Shown here one piece after another: positions 49,835 to 59,341 of a stretch of DNA of 64,000 bases. Source of the stretch: Synergistales bacterium (GTDB lineage: Bacteria > Synergistota > Synergistia > Synergistales > JAFGMB01); contig OY762654.1 in NCBI GenBank assembly GCA_963666205.1, forward strand, positions 2,272,001-2,336,000, written 5' to 3'. Numbering within the stretch: the stretch's first letter is position 1; every line of letters begins with the position of its first letter. A program made the position numbers and the translations under genes. Below the pieces are notes generated by a model that was given only the letters and a program-made list of their open reading frames with translations, searched no databases and was not told the DNA's origin.

Positions 49835-50023
49835 ATGTGGATAAAAGATTCCAGGGGAAATTGGTTTGTTTCTGAAAAAAATCTTATTGGACAAGTGTTT
49901 ACTCCCGAGATTAAGGCCGTCTGGATAAAGGACGGTAATGGTAACTGGTATATGGCTGATGAAACCACATATGTTCCTCCTGTTTATGATACAGGGCAAT
50001 CTGAAGAAAAGCTTGCATCCTGA
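49835..50023 (+). CDS. 62-aa hypothetical protein with two WIKDxxGNW repeats
   Basis: GGGGAGG RBS, ATG 49835, own promoter, internal duplication. Confidence 0.7.
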   Translation: MWIKDSRGNWFVSEKNLIGQVFTPEIKAVWIKDGNGNWYMADETTYVPPVYDTGQSEEKLAS

Positions 50024-50190
50024 AACACTCATTGAAATGCTTCAGTAAATTTTCAAATCCTCTGAAAAATATTTTTGAACCCCATTAGTATCATTTGATG
50101 TATTTTCTCTTTGGTTCCTTTGCAGGTTTAGTCTGGTTCCCCCTCCTTGTGAAGTAGTCCTTTCTGGTATCCTCGCTGTCATTCTTTATG

Positions 50191-50229
50191 ATGCAAGCGG
50201 TTGCATGGAATATCTATTGCTGTTACAAT
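50191..50229 (+). promoter_or_regulatory. pyr operon promoter overlapped by a LacI-type palindrome
   Basis: ATGCAAGCGGTTGCAT (50191-50206), whose 3' end is the -35 TTGCAT, then 17 bp, then -10 TACAAT. Confidence 0.65.
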
Positions 50230-50308
50230 TCTCTATAAAGCTCGACTGTAGAGTCCCTATTATATGGCCTGTGGAATAAGGTCAATTTCCAGGAAAGAGG
50301 GTGTACTT

Positions 50309-50869
50309 TTGGTCTATATAGAGAAAGCACACATCATGAACGAAGAAGATATGAAGAGAGTATTAAGGAGAATAGCAATTGAGATCATAGAAAGGAACAG
50401 GGGGCTTGAAGATGTAGTCCTTCTCGGGATCCAGAGAAGGGGTGTATATCTTGCATGCAGACTCAAGGAGCTCCTTAAAGATATAGAAGGAGTGAAAGTT
50501 CCTACAGGCGAACTTGATATAACCCTTTACAGGGATGATATCCCCACCCTTCTTGAACAGCCCGTAGTTCACAGTACTTCCATTCCCGTAGATATCGCAG
50601 GTAAGAAACTGATCCTTGTTGATGATGTTCTTTATACCGGAAGGACTATCCGCGCTGCCCTTGATGCTCTCATGGATCTTGGCAGACCGGATAACGTGCA
50701 GCTTGTGATACTTGTTGACAGGGGACACAGGGAACTTCCTATCCAGGCGGATTATGTAGGTAAGGTCATTCCGACTTCCCGAAATGAGATGGTTGAGGTG
50801 TTTATGGAAGAACTGGATGGCAAGGACCAGGTCGTTATTACAGAAGAAAGTGAGGTGCAGGTGGATTGA
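50309..50869 (+). CDS. pyrR: Bifunctional pyr regulator / uracil phosphoribosyltransferase
   Basis: [46 protein letters not shown]. Confidence 0.95.
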   Translation: MVYIEKAHIMNEEDMKRVLRRIAIEIIERNRGLEDVVLLGIQRRGVYLACRLKELLKDIEGVKVPTGELDITLYRDDIPTLLEQPVVHSTSIPVDIAGKKLILVDDVLYTGRTIRAALDALMDLGRPDNVQLVILVDRGHRELPIQADYVGKVIPTSRNEMVEVFMEELDGKDQVVITEESEVQVD

Positions 50870-51792
50870 ACTGGAGACATAAATGCCTTCTTGATCTTGA
50901 TGACTGGACCAGAGAAGAACTTTCCCTTTTTCTGGAACAGGCTAACTATATGGAAGAGCTTCTTAATCGGCCTATCAAGAAAGTACCGGCCTTAAGAGGC
51001 AAAATGATAGTTAACTTCTTCTTTGAACCCTCTACGCGAACAAGGGTTTCCTTTGAACTTGCAGAGAAAATGCTGAGTGCAGACGTCGTAAACTGGTCAG
51101 CTTCCGGATCTAGTGTGAGCAAAGGTGAAACTCTGAGGGATACTGCGTGGACTTTGGAATCAATGGGGGCTGATGCTGTAGTAATGAGACATGGGGCAGT
51201 GGGAGCTGCTGACTATCTTGCTAGAAAGTTGAGAAAAGCTTCTGTATTTAATGCAGGAGACGGCACCCACGGTCACCCTACCCAGGCTCTTCTTGATTTA
51301 CACTCAGCCTGGAAGAAACTTGGATCTCTGGAAGGTGCAAAAATGGTCATTGTTGGAGATGTTCTCCATAGCAGAGTGGCAAGATCTGATATAAAGGCCT
51401 TTTCCAAAATGGGAGTAAATGTTGTCCTTTCAGGTCCGGCTACACTCATGCCAAGGGATATTTCATGTCTTGGAGCGGAATATGAACCTGTCCCAGAAGT
51501 TGCGCTGAAAGACTCTAATATGGTTTACCTTCTGAGGATCCAGCAGGAAAGACAGAAGCAGGGTCTTATTCCTTCTCTGGATGAATATCATGTCAGATAT
51601 GGTGCTACTGAGGATCTGTTGAAATTCGCCAGACCTGATGCCCTGGTAATGCATCCTGGCCCGATTAACAGGAGAGTAGAGATAGCATCCGAAATTGCTG
51701 ATGGGAATCAGAGTATTATTCTCGAGCAGGTCCGCAGCGGTGTGGCTGTTCGTATGGCCCTTCTATATCTATGTGTTGGAGGTGGCAAATAA
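50866..51792 (+). CDS. pyrB: Aspartate carbamoyltransferase catalytic subunit
   Basis: [40 protein letters not shown]. Confidence 0.96.
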   Translation: MNWRHKCLLDLDDWTREELSLFLEQANYMEELLNRPIKKVPALRGKMIVNFFFEPSTRTRVSFELAEKMLSADVVNWSASGSSVSKGETLRDTAWTLESMGADAVVMRHGAVGAADYLARKLRKASVFNAGDGTHGHPTQALLDLHSAWKKLGSLEGAKMVIVGDVLHSRVARSDIKAFSKMGVNVVLSGPATLMPRDISCLGAEYEPVPEVALKDSNMVYLLRIQQERQKQGLIPSLDEYHVRYGATEDLLKFARPDALVMHPGPINRRVEIASEIADGNQSIILEQVRSGVAVRMALLYLCVGGGK

Positions 51793-53090
51793 TGATCCTG
51801 TTGAAGGGTGGAACCATATTTGACGGTAAAAATATATTACAAGGAACGGCCGATGTCCTGATTGAAGAAGGAAGGGTCAGCAGGATAGCACCCTCTATAG
51901 AAAAAGAGGGAGTCACCGAATTTGATGTTAGTGGGAAGATTATATGTCCTGGCTTTATAGATATCCATGTTCACTTCAGGGATCCTGGTTTTGAATGGCG
52001 GGAGGATATACAGTCCGGTTCCAGGGCCGCCGCCGCTGGCGGGTATTCCACAGTTGTCGTTATGCCCAACACGGATCCTCCAGTTGATAATGCTCCCATG
52101 ATCGAATATGTAAATTCAAAAGGAGCAAAGACAGCAGGAGCAAGAGTTCTTCCTTCGGGCTGTGTAAGTAGGGAAAGAAAGGGAGAATTAATGGCAGAAC
52201 TTGGCAAAATGGCCAGGGCAGGAGCCGTTTTTTTTACAGATGATGGTTCTCCCCTTGCCAATACCGATCTCATGAGAACAGCGCTGCTTTATACAAGAGA
52301 TATGGATGTCAGGATCATGGAGCATCCGGAAGATCCCTATCTTACTGCAAAAGGGCAGGTGAATGATGGTCTTGCCTCTTCTCTGAGCGGTCTTAAGGGA
52401 ATGCCAGCTTCTGCGGAATATATAGATATAGCAAAGGGTATCGCTCTATGCAGGGAAACAGGATCTCCTATCCACTTCACCCACGTAAGCACCAGAATGG
52501 CCATGGAAGCTATAAGTTCTGCAAAAAATGAAGGACTCCCCGTTACCTGTGATGTTACCGCTCATCATCTATCTCTGGACGAAAATCATGTAATGGTAAG
52601 TAAATTTGATTCCGTCTACAAGGTTAACCCTCCTCTTAGGAGTAAAGATGATGTTAAAGCTCTTTGGAAGTATTTATCCCAAGGGGTTGTAGATGCAATA
52701 ATTACAGATCACGCCCCATGGCATGAAGATGAAAAGGATGTTCCCTTCCAGGAGTCTCCTTTCGGGATCGCATCTCTTGAATGTTCTGTAGCAGTGGTAT
52801 TTGATACATGGATAAAACTGGGCAAACCCGTTGACCTTGCCATGCTGCTTTCCCTCTTTACCCGTTGTCCAGCCCAACTCCTTCCCGATCCCTGGAAGAC
52901 GGAGCTTGGAAGGCTGGAAGAAGGTTGTATAGCGGATATTACTGTCCTTGATCTTGACGAATCCAGAACGGTTGACCTGGCTCAATGGAAAAGCAAGGCC
53001 AGAAACTGTCCCTGGAGGGGCGAACTCCTTTCCGGATGGACAACCCTTACTATGATTGAAGGCCGAATAGTGTATTCGGGAGTCGAATAA
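51792..53090 (+). CDS. pyrC: Dihydroorotase
   Basis: PGFIDIHVHFRDPG, MPNT.P, KVNPPLR, TDHAPW, PFGIASLE. Confidence 0.95.
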   Translation: MILLKGGTIFDGKNILQGTADVLIEEGRVSRIAPSIEKEGVTEFDVSGKIICPGFIDIHVHFRDPGFEWREDIQSGSRAAAAGGYSTVVVMPNTDPPVDNAPMIEYVNSKGAKTAGARVLPSGCVSRERKGELMAELGKMARAGAVFFTDDGSPLANTDLMRTALLYTRDMDVRIMEHPEDPYLTAKGQVNDGLASSLSGLKGMPASAEYIDIAKGIALCRETGSPIHFTHVSTRMAMEAISSAKNEGLPVTCDVTAHHLSLDENHVMVSKFDSVYKVNPPLRSKDDVKALWKYLSQGVVDAIITDHAPWHEDEKDVPFQESPFGIASLECSVAVVFDTWIKLGKPVDLAMLLSLFTRCPAQLLPDPWKTELGRLEEGCIADITVLDLDESRTVDLAQWKSKARNCPWRGELLSGWTTLTMIEGRIVYSGVE

Positions 53091-53091
53091 T

Positions 53092-53886
53092 ATGTGTGAT
53101 GGTGGATCATCCATCCCTGCTGGTGACTTCAAAGGTACCGTAAGGGATATAAGACAGATAACAGAAACTGTTTTTTACATACGCATTGTCTGTCCCGTCA
53201 TATCCAGACTGGTGAGACCCGGGCAATTCATAATGGTCCGCTTCCCGAACAGATATGATCCTCTTCTGGGAAGGCCTCTGGCAGTTTCTTCTGCAGAGGG
53301 AGATGATGTTTCCATATGTTTTCAGGTAGTGGGCAGAATGACAGAATTGTTATCCAGGATTCTTCCAGGTGAAATTCTTTCCCTGAGAGGTCCAATGGGG
53401 AACGGTTTCGGATCGCCATCTTCAACAAGGGTTACTATGGTGGCAGGAGCCCTCGGGGCAGCTCCTCTGATCTTTGCATATAATAGAATACCTGAAAATA
53501 TTGGGAAAGATTTTATCCTTGGTGTTGCAGACTGTTCATGGTACCCATTCTGTGAGTGGATTAAACAGCTGATACCGGAAGTAAGGTTTTTTTCTGAGGA
53601 TGGCAGTATCGGTGAAAAGGGGACAGTCCTTAATGGTCTGGTTGAGGAATTATCTCCAGAGGAAGAGATCTGGACATGTGGTCCCATTCCCATGATGAGA
53701 GTCATAGGAGAGAAATATACCAGGGGAAGAGAGAGGATCAGGGTCAGTCTGGAAACCCGTATGGCTTGTGGAATGGGAGGATGTCAGGGATGTGTAATCA
53801 ACACCCTGAAGGGCAAAAAAAGGGTCTGTGTTGATGGGCCCGTTTTTTCTGCAGAGGAGGTATGCTGGGATGACCTCAAAGGATAA
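53092..53886 (+). CDS. pyrK: Dihydroorotate dehydrogenase electron transfer subunit
   Basis: PGQF, RPL, GPMGNGF, CGP.PMM, SLETRMACGMGGCQGC, RVCVDGPVF. Confidence 0.93.
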   Translation: MCDGGSSIPAGDFKGTVRDIRQITETVFYIRIVCPVISRLVRPGQFIMVRFPNRYDPLLGRPLAVSSAEGDDVSICFQVVGRMTELLSRILPGEILSLRGPMGNGFGSPSSTRVTMVAGALGAAPLIFAYNRIPENIGKDFILGVADCSWYPFCEWIKQLIPEVRFFSEDGSIGEKGTVLNGLVEELSPEEEIWTCGPIPMMRVIGEKYTRGRERIRVSLETRMACGMGGCQGCVINTLKGKKRVCVDGPVFSAEEVCWDDLKG

Positions 53887-54793
53887 ATCCCTCTGCGTCA
53901 ATATCGGTGGAGTCCTCCTTGATTCTCCTATCGTAATCGCATCAGGGGTCTGGCCCTATGAAGAGGAACTATGGTCTCGTGAACGCCTGAAAGGAGTAGG
54001 TGCGTTATCTACCAAGGCAGTTACTCTTGAACCCCGGATCGGCAATCCGGGTACCAGGGTCTGGGAAACACCTTCGGGAATGCTCAACAGTATAGGCCTC
54101 CAGAATGGTGGAGTAGATACCTTTATTAAAGAATATCTTCCCATTGTGAGAAAAAGTGGATTACCTTTTGTCGTTAATGTTGCAGTGGAACGACCTGCAG
54201 AAACAGAGGCTACCCTGAAAAGGCTTAATGAAATCAGGGAGATCATTCCGGCAGTGGAACTGAACGTTTCCTGTCCGAATGTTGATGATGGGGGAATGTG
54301 CTGGGGGCTTTTTCCTGAAAGTGCAGCCCAGGCTGTATCTCTTGCAAGAGAATTCTGGAAGGGGTCCCTATGGGTAAAACTTACCCCTCAGTCTCCCGAT
54401 ATCATGGGTGTGGCATCAGCTGCAGAGGACGCTGGTGCAGATGCGCTTGTAGTAGCTAATACGTGGCTTGGTATGGCTATCGATACAAGGACTGCAAGGC
54501 CCGTTTTTGAAAGGACCTGTGCTGGCCTTTCCGGACCTGCTATTTTCCCCCTTGCTCTCAAAGCTGTATGGGATGTAGCGTCTACTGTAAATATACCCAT
54601 TGTCGGTTGCGGAGGTGTAATCAGTTATCAGGACTGTCTGGCCATGATAATGGCTGGAGCTTCCGCTGTTGAGATCGGAACGGCGATGTTCATCGACTTT
54701 GAAACTCCTGCAAGGATATGCAATGGTCTTTCAGATTATCTTGAAGAAAAAGGTCTTTTCGATCTGGGTGAACTTGTTGGTATAGCAAGATAA
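53870..54793 (+). CDS. pyrD: Dihydroorotate dehydrogenase (class 1B) catalytic subunit
   Basis: GMLNSIGLQN.G, ELNVSCPNV, VKLTP, GLSGPAIFP, IVGCGG. Confidence 0.95.
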   Translation: MTSKDKSLCVNIGGVLLDSPIVIASGVWPYEEELWSRERLKGVGALSTKAVTLEPRIGNPGTRVWETPSGMLNSIGLQNGGVDTFIKEYLPIVRKSGLPFVVNVAVERPAETEATLKRLNEIREIIPAVELNVSCPNVDDGGMCWGLFPESAAQAVSLAREFWKGSLWVKLTPQSPDIMGVASAAEDAGADALVVANTWLGMAIDTRTARPVFERTCAGLSGPAIFPLALKAVWDVASTVNIPIVGCGGVISYQDCLAMIMAGASAVEIGTAMFIDFETPARICNGLSDYLEEKGLFDLGELVGIAR

Positions 54794-54836
54794 AAAGAGA
54801 TACTCCCCCGGTTTAGCAGGGGGAGTATCTCTTTTC
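54794..54836. terminator. Bidirectional terminator between pyrD and the hydrogenase operon
   Basis: AAAAGAGATACTCCCCC...GGGGGAGTATCTCTTTT, overlapping the protease stop codon. Confidence 0.8.
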
Positions 54837-55274
54837 CCATAGTTCCTTAAAGGAATGAAAGGCTCGTTCCATCCTTTCCCTGCAGATAGGGGTTATCTCT
54901 TCTTTAAAATCAAAGGAGTGTCCGCTGACAGAAAGAAGTAAAGTTTCCGGATAAGGTATTTTTAAGGATTCCATGAGGTGAAGGACCCAGGCTGGACCCA
55001 TGGAGTGAATGTTCAGGCCTTCTATATTCGGATCAGGTTTCATTACCTCAAGGAGAAATCCTTCAGGCAGACCTTCGGCAGAGGCATCTATAAATATAGC
55101 AAGATCCTTATCTCTCAGATCCTCTACGATCTCCGGGAGCAATTGCTGTTCTATCCACGTTTCAGCTTCTACTCCCTTTGATATAAGAAATTCACAAACA
55201 AGGGGTGCCAGTTCATGGCCGAGCCTGTCATCTTCACGAAAGGGATTGCCATAGCCCGCAACGAGGACTTTCAT
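54813..55274 (-). CDS. Hydrogenase maturation protease
   Basis: VAGYGNPFREDDRLG, QLLPE, IFIDA, HSMGP. Confidence 0.9.
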   Translation of the reverse strand: MKVLVAGYGNPFREDDRLGHELAPLVCEFLISKGVEAETWIEQQLLPEIVEDLRDKDLAIFIDASAEGLPEGFLLEVMKPDPNIEGLNIHSMGPAWVLHLMESLKIPYPETLLLSVSGHSFDFKEEITPICRERMERAFHSFKELWEKRYSPC

Positions 55275-55344
55275 CTTTTCACCTCTCAAAAATAAATAAG
55301 GGGCCAGGTTGAAACTGGCCCCCTTTTTTTACAGCGTATTATGC

Positions 55345-56781
55345 TCAGTGTTTCTCGATGCGTGTTAGTTCTTTTCCCTTATGGTCAACAACAGTTACCA
55401 TAAGAGGCATTTTGCCTACAGCATGAGTCGAGCAGGAGAGACATGGGTCATAGCAGCGGATGACGTGTTCCATACGGTTGAGAACGCCTTCCTTGATATC
55501 CGGGCCTTTGATGAATTCTCTGGCTACCATTTCAACACCCTTGTTCATTGCATAATTATTATGTCCAGTAGCAACAATAAGGTTTACCTTTTCGATAGCC
55601 CCTTTATCGTTGACCTCATAATGATGGATAAGGGTACCTCTGGGTGCCTCGATAACACCTATACCTTCGGGCTGAAGGTTGGTTGAGGTTACACGCAGGT
55701 CACTACCGGTGATATCCGGATCATTGAGAAGTTCCTCCGTGCGTTCAAAAGCGTAAAGAATTTCCATAAGCCTGGCATAATGATAGTACAGTGTGTAGTG
55801 TACAACCCCATCATCGGTCATTGAACGGAATTCTGCAAGTTCTGCAGATGCTTCAGGAGTAGAGAAGTCGTCACAGGCATTAACCCTTCCAAGAGGTCCT
55901 ACCCTGTATGATCCATGGGGGAAACCGAGAGAGCGATAGAAGGGGAACTTCAGATAACTCCAGCTTTCTACATGTTCTCCCAGATATTTATAGTAGTCTT
56001 TGTTGGCAAATTCATCTGTTATCCTTCCTCGTGGGCTCCGGAGGCGGATATCTCCATCGTAAAGTTCAAGCTTGCCTCCATTAACCAGGCCAAGGTAAGA
56101 ACTTTCAAGCGTAGCAAAAGTTCTTGCCAGTTCATGGTTTTGGGAAAGATAGTCCTTAACCAGTCCTATTGTCTCTTTAAGTTTTTCCTTAAGGGCGGGT
56201 ATACCCTTGAGGATCTCATCCTTCTCTGTAGTCTTAAGGCTTCTGTTGACACCTCCGGGGATGCTGTGCCACGGATGTACTTTTTTGCTGCCCAGGGTTT
56301 TGATGATCTCCTGTCCATACTTCCTCATGCCTATTCCAACCAGTGCAAGTTCGGGATATTTCTGAGCCACTCCGACCACATTCCTTATAGCAGGATCTGC
56401 GTCGAATCCGAAGAGAATATCCGGGCTTGAAAGATGGAAAAAACTCAAGGCATGGGATTGAATGAACTGTCCCATGTGCATAAGTTCTCGAAGCTTATGG
56501 GCGGTCGGTGTTATCTGAACCCCCAGAATGGCATCGCATGCCTTGGCCGATGCCAGATGGTGGCTAACAGGGCAGATCCCACATATTCTTGGGGTAATAA
56601 CAGGCATTTCTCTGAAATCCCTACCCCTGGAGAAGACTTCAAATCCCCTGAACTGGGTTACGTGAAACCTGGCATTATCAACCTGTCCGTCTTCTCTGAG
56701 GGCTACTGTGATCTTGCCGTGACCCTCGATACGGGTGACTGGATTTACTTCTATAGTTCTTGTCGTTGTGTTATTTTTCAT
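55345..56781 (-). CDS. [NiFe]-hydrogenase large subunit (HydL/HoxH-like)
   Basis: TRIEGHG; L1 PRICGICPVSH; L2 RCYDPCLSCSTH plus C-terminal extension. Confidence 0.95.
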   Translation of the reverse strand: MKNNTTTRTIEVNPVTRIEGHGKITVALREDGQVDNARFHVTQFRGFEVFSRGRDFREMPVITPRICGICPVSHHLASAKACDAILGVQITPTAHKLRELMHMGQFIQSHALSFFHLSSPDILFGFDADPAIRNVVGVAQKYPELALVGIGMRKYGQEIIKTLGSKKVHPWHSIPGGVNRSLKTTEKDEILKGIPALKEKLKETIGLVKDYLSQNHELARTFATLESSYLGLVNGGKLELYDGDIRLRSPRGRITDEFANKDYYKYLGEHVESWSYLKFPFYRSLGFPHGSYRVGPLGRVNACDDFSTPEASAELAEFRSMTDDGVVHYTLYYHYARLMEILYAFERTEELLNDPDITGSDLRVTSTNLQPEGIGVIEAPRGTLIHHYEVNDKGAIEKVNLIVATGHNNYAMNKGVEMVAREFIKGPDIKEGVLNRMEHVIRCYDPCLSCSTHAVGKMPLMVTVVDHKGKELTRIEKH

Positions 56782-56793
56782 TTTCAATTCCTC

Positions 56794-57333
56794 CTAGTCG
56801 TACCGCATCATGTCAACAGGAACTTTGGGAATTCTCCCCTGGAGAATTTCCTGGAAGACGTAGAGGATGGTGTCGGGATCGGGAGGACACCCGGGCACGT
56901 AAACGTCGACCTTGACCTTGTAATCGATGGGTATAGCCTTCGGCAGAAGGGCTGGTACGTCTCCTCCCGGAATAATCCCTTCGGGATTTACAGTGCTGAC
57001 TCCGTTTTTATATCCTTCGTTAAGGACTTCACTGGCATCCATGAAATTCCTCATACAATTAATTCCGCCAAATACCGCACAATCTCCCCATGCTATGAGA
57101 ATTTTGCACTGTTTTCGCATTTTCTCAGCTATATGCAATTCTTCTTCGTTACCTAAAGCACCGGAAATAACTCCAACATCGACCTGGGGTATTTCTTTTA
57201 TATCAGTGATAGGTGTTGAAGTAAGTTCAACGGCATCGAGAAGATCGACGATACGCTCGTCAATATCAAGGAAGGACATGTGACATCCAGCACAGGCCTC
57301 GAGCCAGGTAGTAGCAATTTTTGGTTTCGTCAT
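56794..57333 (-). CDS. [NiFe]-hydrogenase small subunit (HydS/HoxY-like, single cluster)
   Basis: ACAGCHMS, GDCA..GG, PGCPP; 179 aa. Confidence 0.93.
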   Translation of the reverse strand: MTKPKIATTWLEACAGCHMSFLDIDERIVDLLDAVELTSTPITDIKEIPQVDVGVISGALGNEEELHIAEKMRKQCKILIAWGDCAVFGGINCMRNFMDASEVLNEGYKNGVSTVNPEGIIPGGDVPALLPKAIPIDYKVKVDVYVPGCPPDPDTILYVFQEILQGRIPKVPVDMMRYD

Positions 57334-57336
57334 TTC

Positions 57337-59325
57337 CTACACCTCCTCCAGGACAGCCATCTGAGCCTTTTCGGGTGGGACCTGGTTCGTGAAGATATTT
57401 TCACAGGGCCTTACCTCTGAACTGGCAATGGAAATTCCCATTTTATCAGTAATGGTGTTGAATATTTCTGATAGTCCCTTAAGATCCTTCTGCGGGCGGA
57501 CTATCACATTGAGTCTTCTCCGTTCGCCTTCTATGGTACAGAAGTGTCCACTTCTCTCATACCATGCCGGTGCCGGGAGAAGGATATCTGCCATGTTCAC
57601 CAGGGGATGAACCATGAACGGGGTCTGTACAACGCAGAATCGGGCCATGCTCATTGCCTCAAGAGATTGCGGGGCTTCAGGAACAAGTCCTGTGGAAGAG
57701 ACATAGAGACAGTCAATATCTGCTGTCTCAAGCCAGGCTTCTTCTCCCAGAACTGTGTTAATGGCGGCCAGACTATTGCCGCTTCTCACCATGGGTACGA
57801 TCCCAAGACCATCTGCAAAGAAAGCCCTGGATGCAATTGCGAGGTTTGTAGCCGCTGTAATATTTGCGGCTTCATCTGCCAGTTTGCCGCCAAGGATCAG
57901 TACGGGTTTCTCTGCTTTTTCGAGCATCCTGGCAAGGGTATTCAGTTCAGGATTACCAGTGATCTCAGATCCATCGCTTACCGCCTGGACAAGCTGTAAA
58001 AGAATTTTCCTGACCTCTTTTCTGTCAGATCTGATATCCACATCTGTGATTCCCTTGAAGGGTGTAGTGCAATCGCAGATGTTTGCCAGTTTTGCTTCTT
58101 TCTGGATAGTTGCTACGCGGATGTAGCTTGCAACTACCGGAGCTTCATCCTGGGGGTCCGCTTCTATGGTCAGGATCATGTCGCTCTCCAGGATGTTATG
58201 AGCAGCGGTAAAGGGATGGACACCCTGTTCCACAAAAGGTTGAAATCCTTTCTTGAAACCTCTCAGAACATCTCCTGAAAAACAGTCGATGTATTTGAGG
58301 TTTAGAGAATTCTTGAAGACATCGCTATAAAGGGTAAGTTCTTCATCAGTATGAAGACCGGAGAGTATTGCCCCAGCCTTCGATTTACTCCAAGCATCTT
58401 TCATCTTCAAGGCAGCCTTGGTAAGGGCTTCATCCCAGGATGCTTCCCTGAATGTGGAACCTTCCCGGATCATTGGAACAGAAAGACGCTCTCTTTCTGT
58501 TGATTCCGGAAGCCCCCATCTGCCCTTATGACAGAGCTGTCCTCCGTCAGGACCTTCTGCATTTGAACCTTCAACTCTTGCAATGCTTCCAGTGCGGACG
58601 TAGCCCTTTATCTCACAACCGACTGAACACATGGGGCAGATACTTTCCACAACTTCGTCGCAATCATGCCTTCTTCCCCTGTAGACAAACTCCCGTATGG
58701 TGATGGTACCGGTAGGACAGACCTGTGCACAGGCTCCGCAGTTTATGCAGGTTTCGCTGTCTCCCATCATCTCTCCCAGATCTGAGATCACACTTGCGCT
58801 CCAGCCTCTTTTCTTGAGATCAAGGGTATGTGCTCCCACTTTTTCTGCACACATTCGGATGCATCTGCCACAGAGTATGCAACGGTTATGATCCATTTGA
58901 AGATCAGCTGAAGTAGCGTCGTTTTCAAAATCGTGATAGAGATAGGGATACCTAACACTGTCCATTCCATGTTCAATGGCAAGAGTCTGGAGTTCACAGT
59001 CTCCGCTCTGGGAACAGAACATACAGAAGTGGTTTCTTCCAGCGAAGAGGAGTTCCAGTATCTGTTTTCTGTAGTTGAACAATTTATCTGTCTTTGTACT
59101 TACTACCATACCGTCCTGAGCAGGGGTTGTACATGAGGTAAGAAGTTTGTTGCTTCCCTCTACCTCGACTACGCACATACGGCATGCTCCCGAAGGAGAA
59201 AGACCTTTCAGGTAGCAGAGGGTAGGTATATAGGTATCATTTCTGCGGGCAACCTCAAGGATAGTGTCCCCCTGGAGGCCCTTACAAGTTTTTCCGTCTA
59301 TGATCAAAGTGATCTCGCTCATCAT
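57337..59325 (-). CDS. HydA/NuoG-like Fe-S subunit with a cofactor-less molybdopterin-oxidoreductase-like C-terminus
   Basis: IPTLC..GACRMCVVE, HFCMFC..SGDCELQ, CILCGRC.RMC, CINCGACAQVCP, CPMCSVGC...LCHKG; no H-cluster motifs. Confidence 0.88.
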   Translation of the reverse strand: MMSEITLIIDGKTCKGLQGDTILEVARRNDTYIPTLCYLKGLSPSGACRMCVVEVEGSNKLLTSCTTPAQDGMVVSTKTDKLFNYRKQILELLFAGRNHFCMFCSQSGDCELQTLAIEHGMDSVRYPYLYHDFENDATSADLQMDHNRCILCGRCIRMCAEKVGAHTLDLKKRGWSASVISDLGEMMGDSETCINCGACAQVCPTGTITIREFVYRGRRHDCDEVVESICPMCSVGCEIKGYVRTGSIARVEGSNAEGPDGGQLCHKGRWGLPESTERERLSVPMIREGSTFREASWDEALTKAALKMKDAWSKSKAGAILSGLHTDEELTLYSDVFKNSLNLKYIDCFSGDVLRGFKKGFQPFVEQGVHPFTAAHNILESDMILTIEADPQDEAPVVASYIRVATIQKEAKLANICDCTTPFKGITDVDIRSDRKEVRKILLQLVQAVSDGSEITGNPELNTLARMLEKAEKPVLILGGKLADEAANITAATNLAIASRAFFADGLGIVPMVRSGNSLAAINTVLGEEAWLETADIDCLYVSSTGLVPEAPQSLEAMSMARFCVVQTPFMVHPLVNMADILLPAPAWYERSGHFCTIEGERRRLNVIVRPQKDLKGLSEIFNTITDKMGISIASSEVRPCENIFTNQVPPEKAQMAVLEEV

Positions 59326-59341
59326 TTTACCTCCCTGGACC

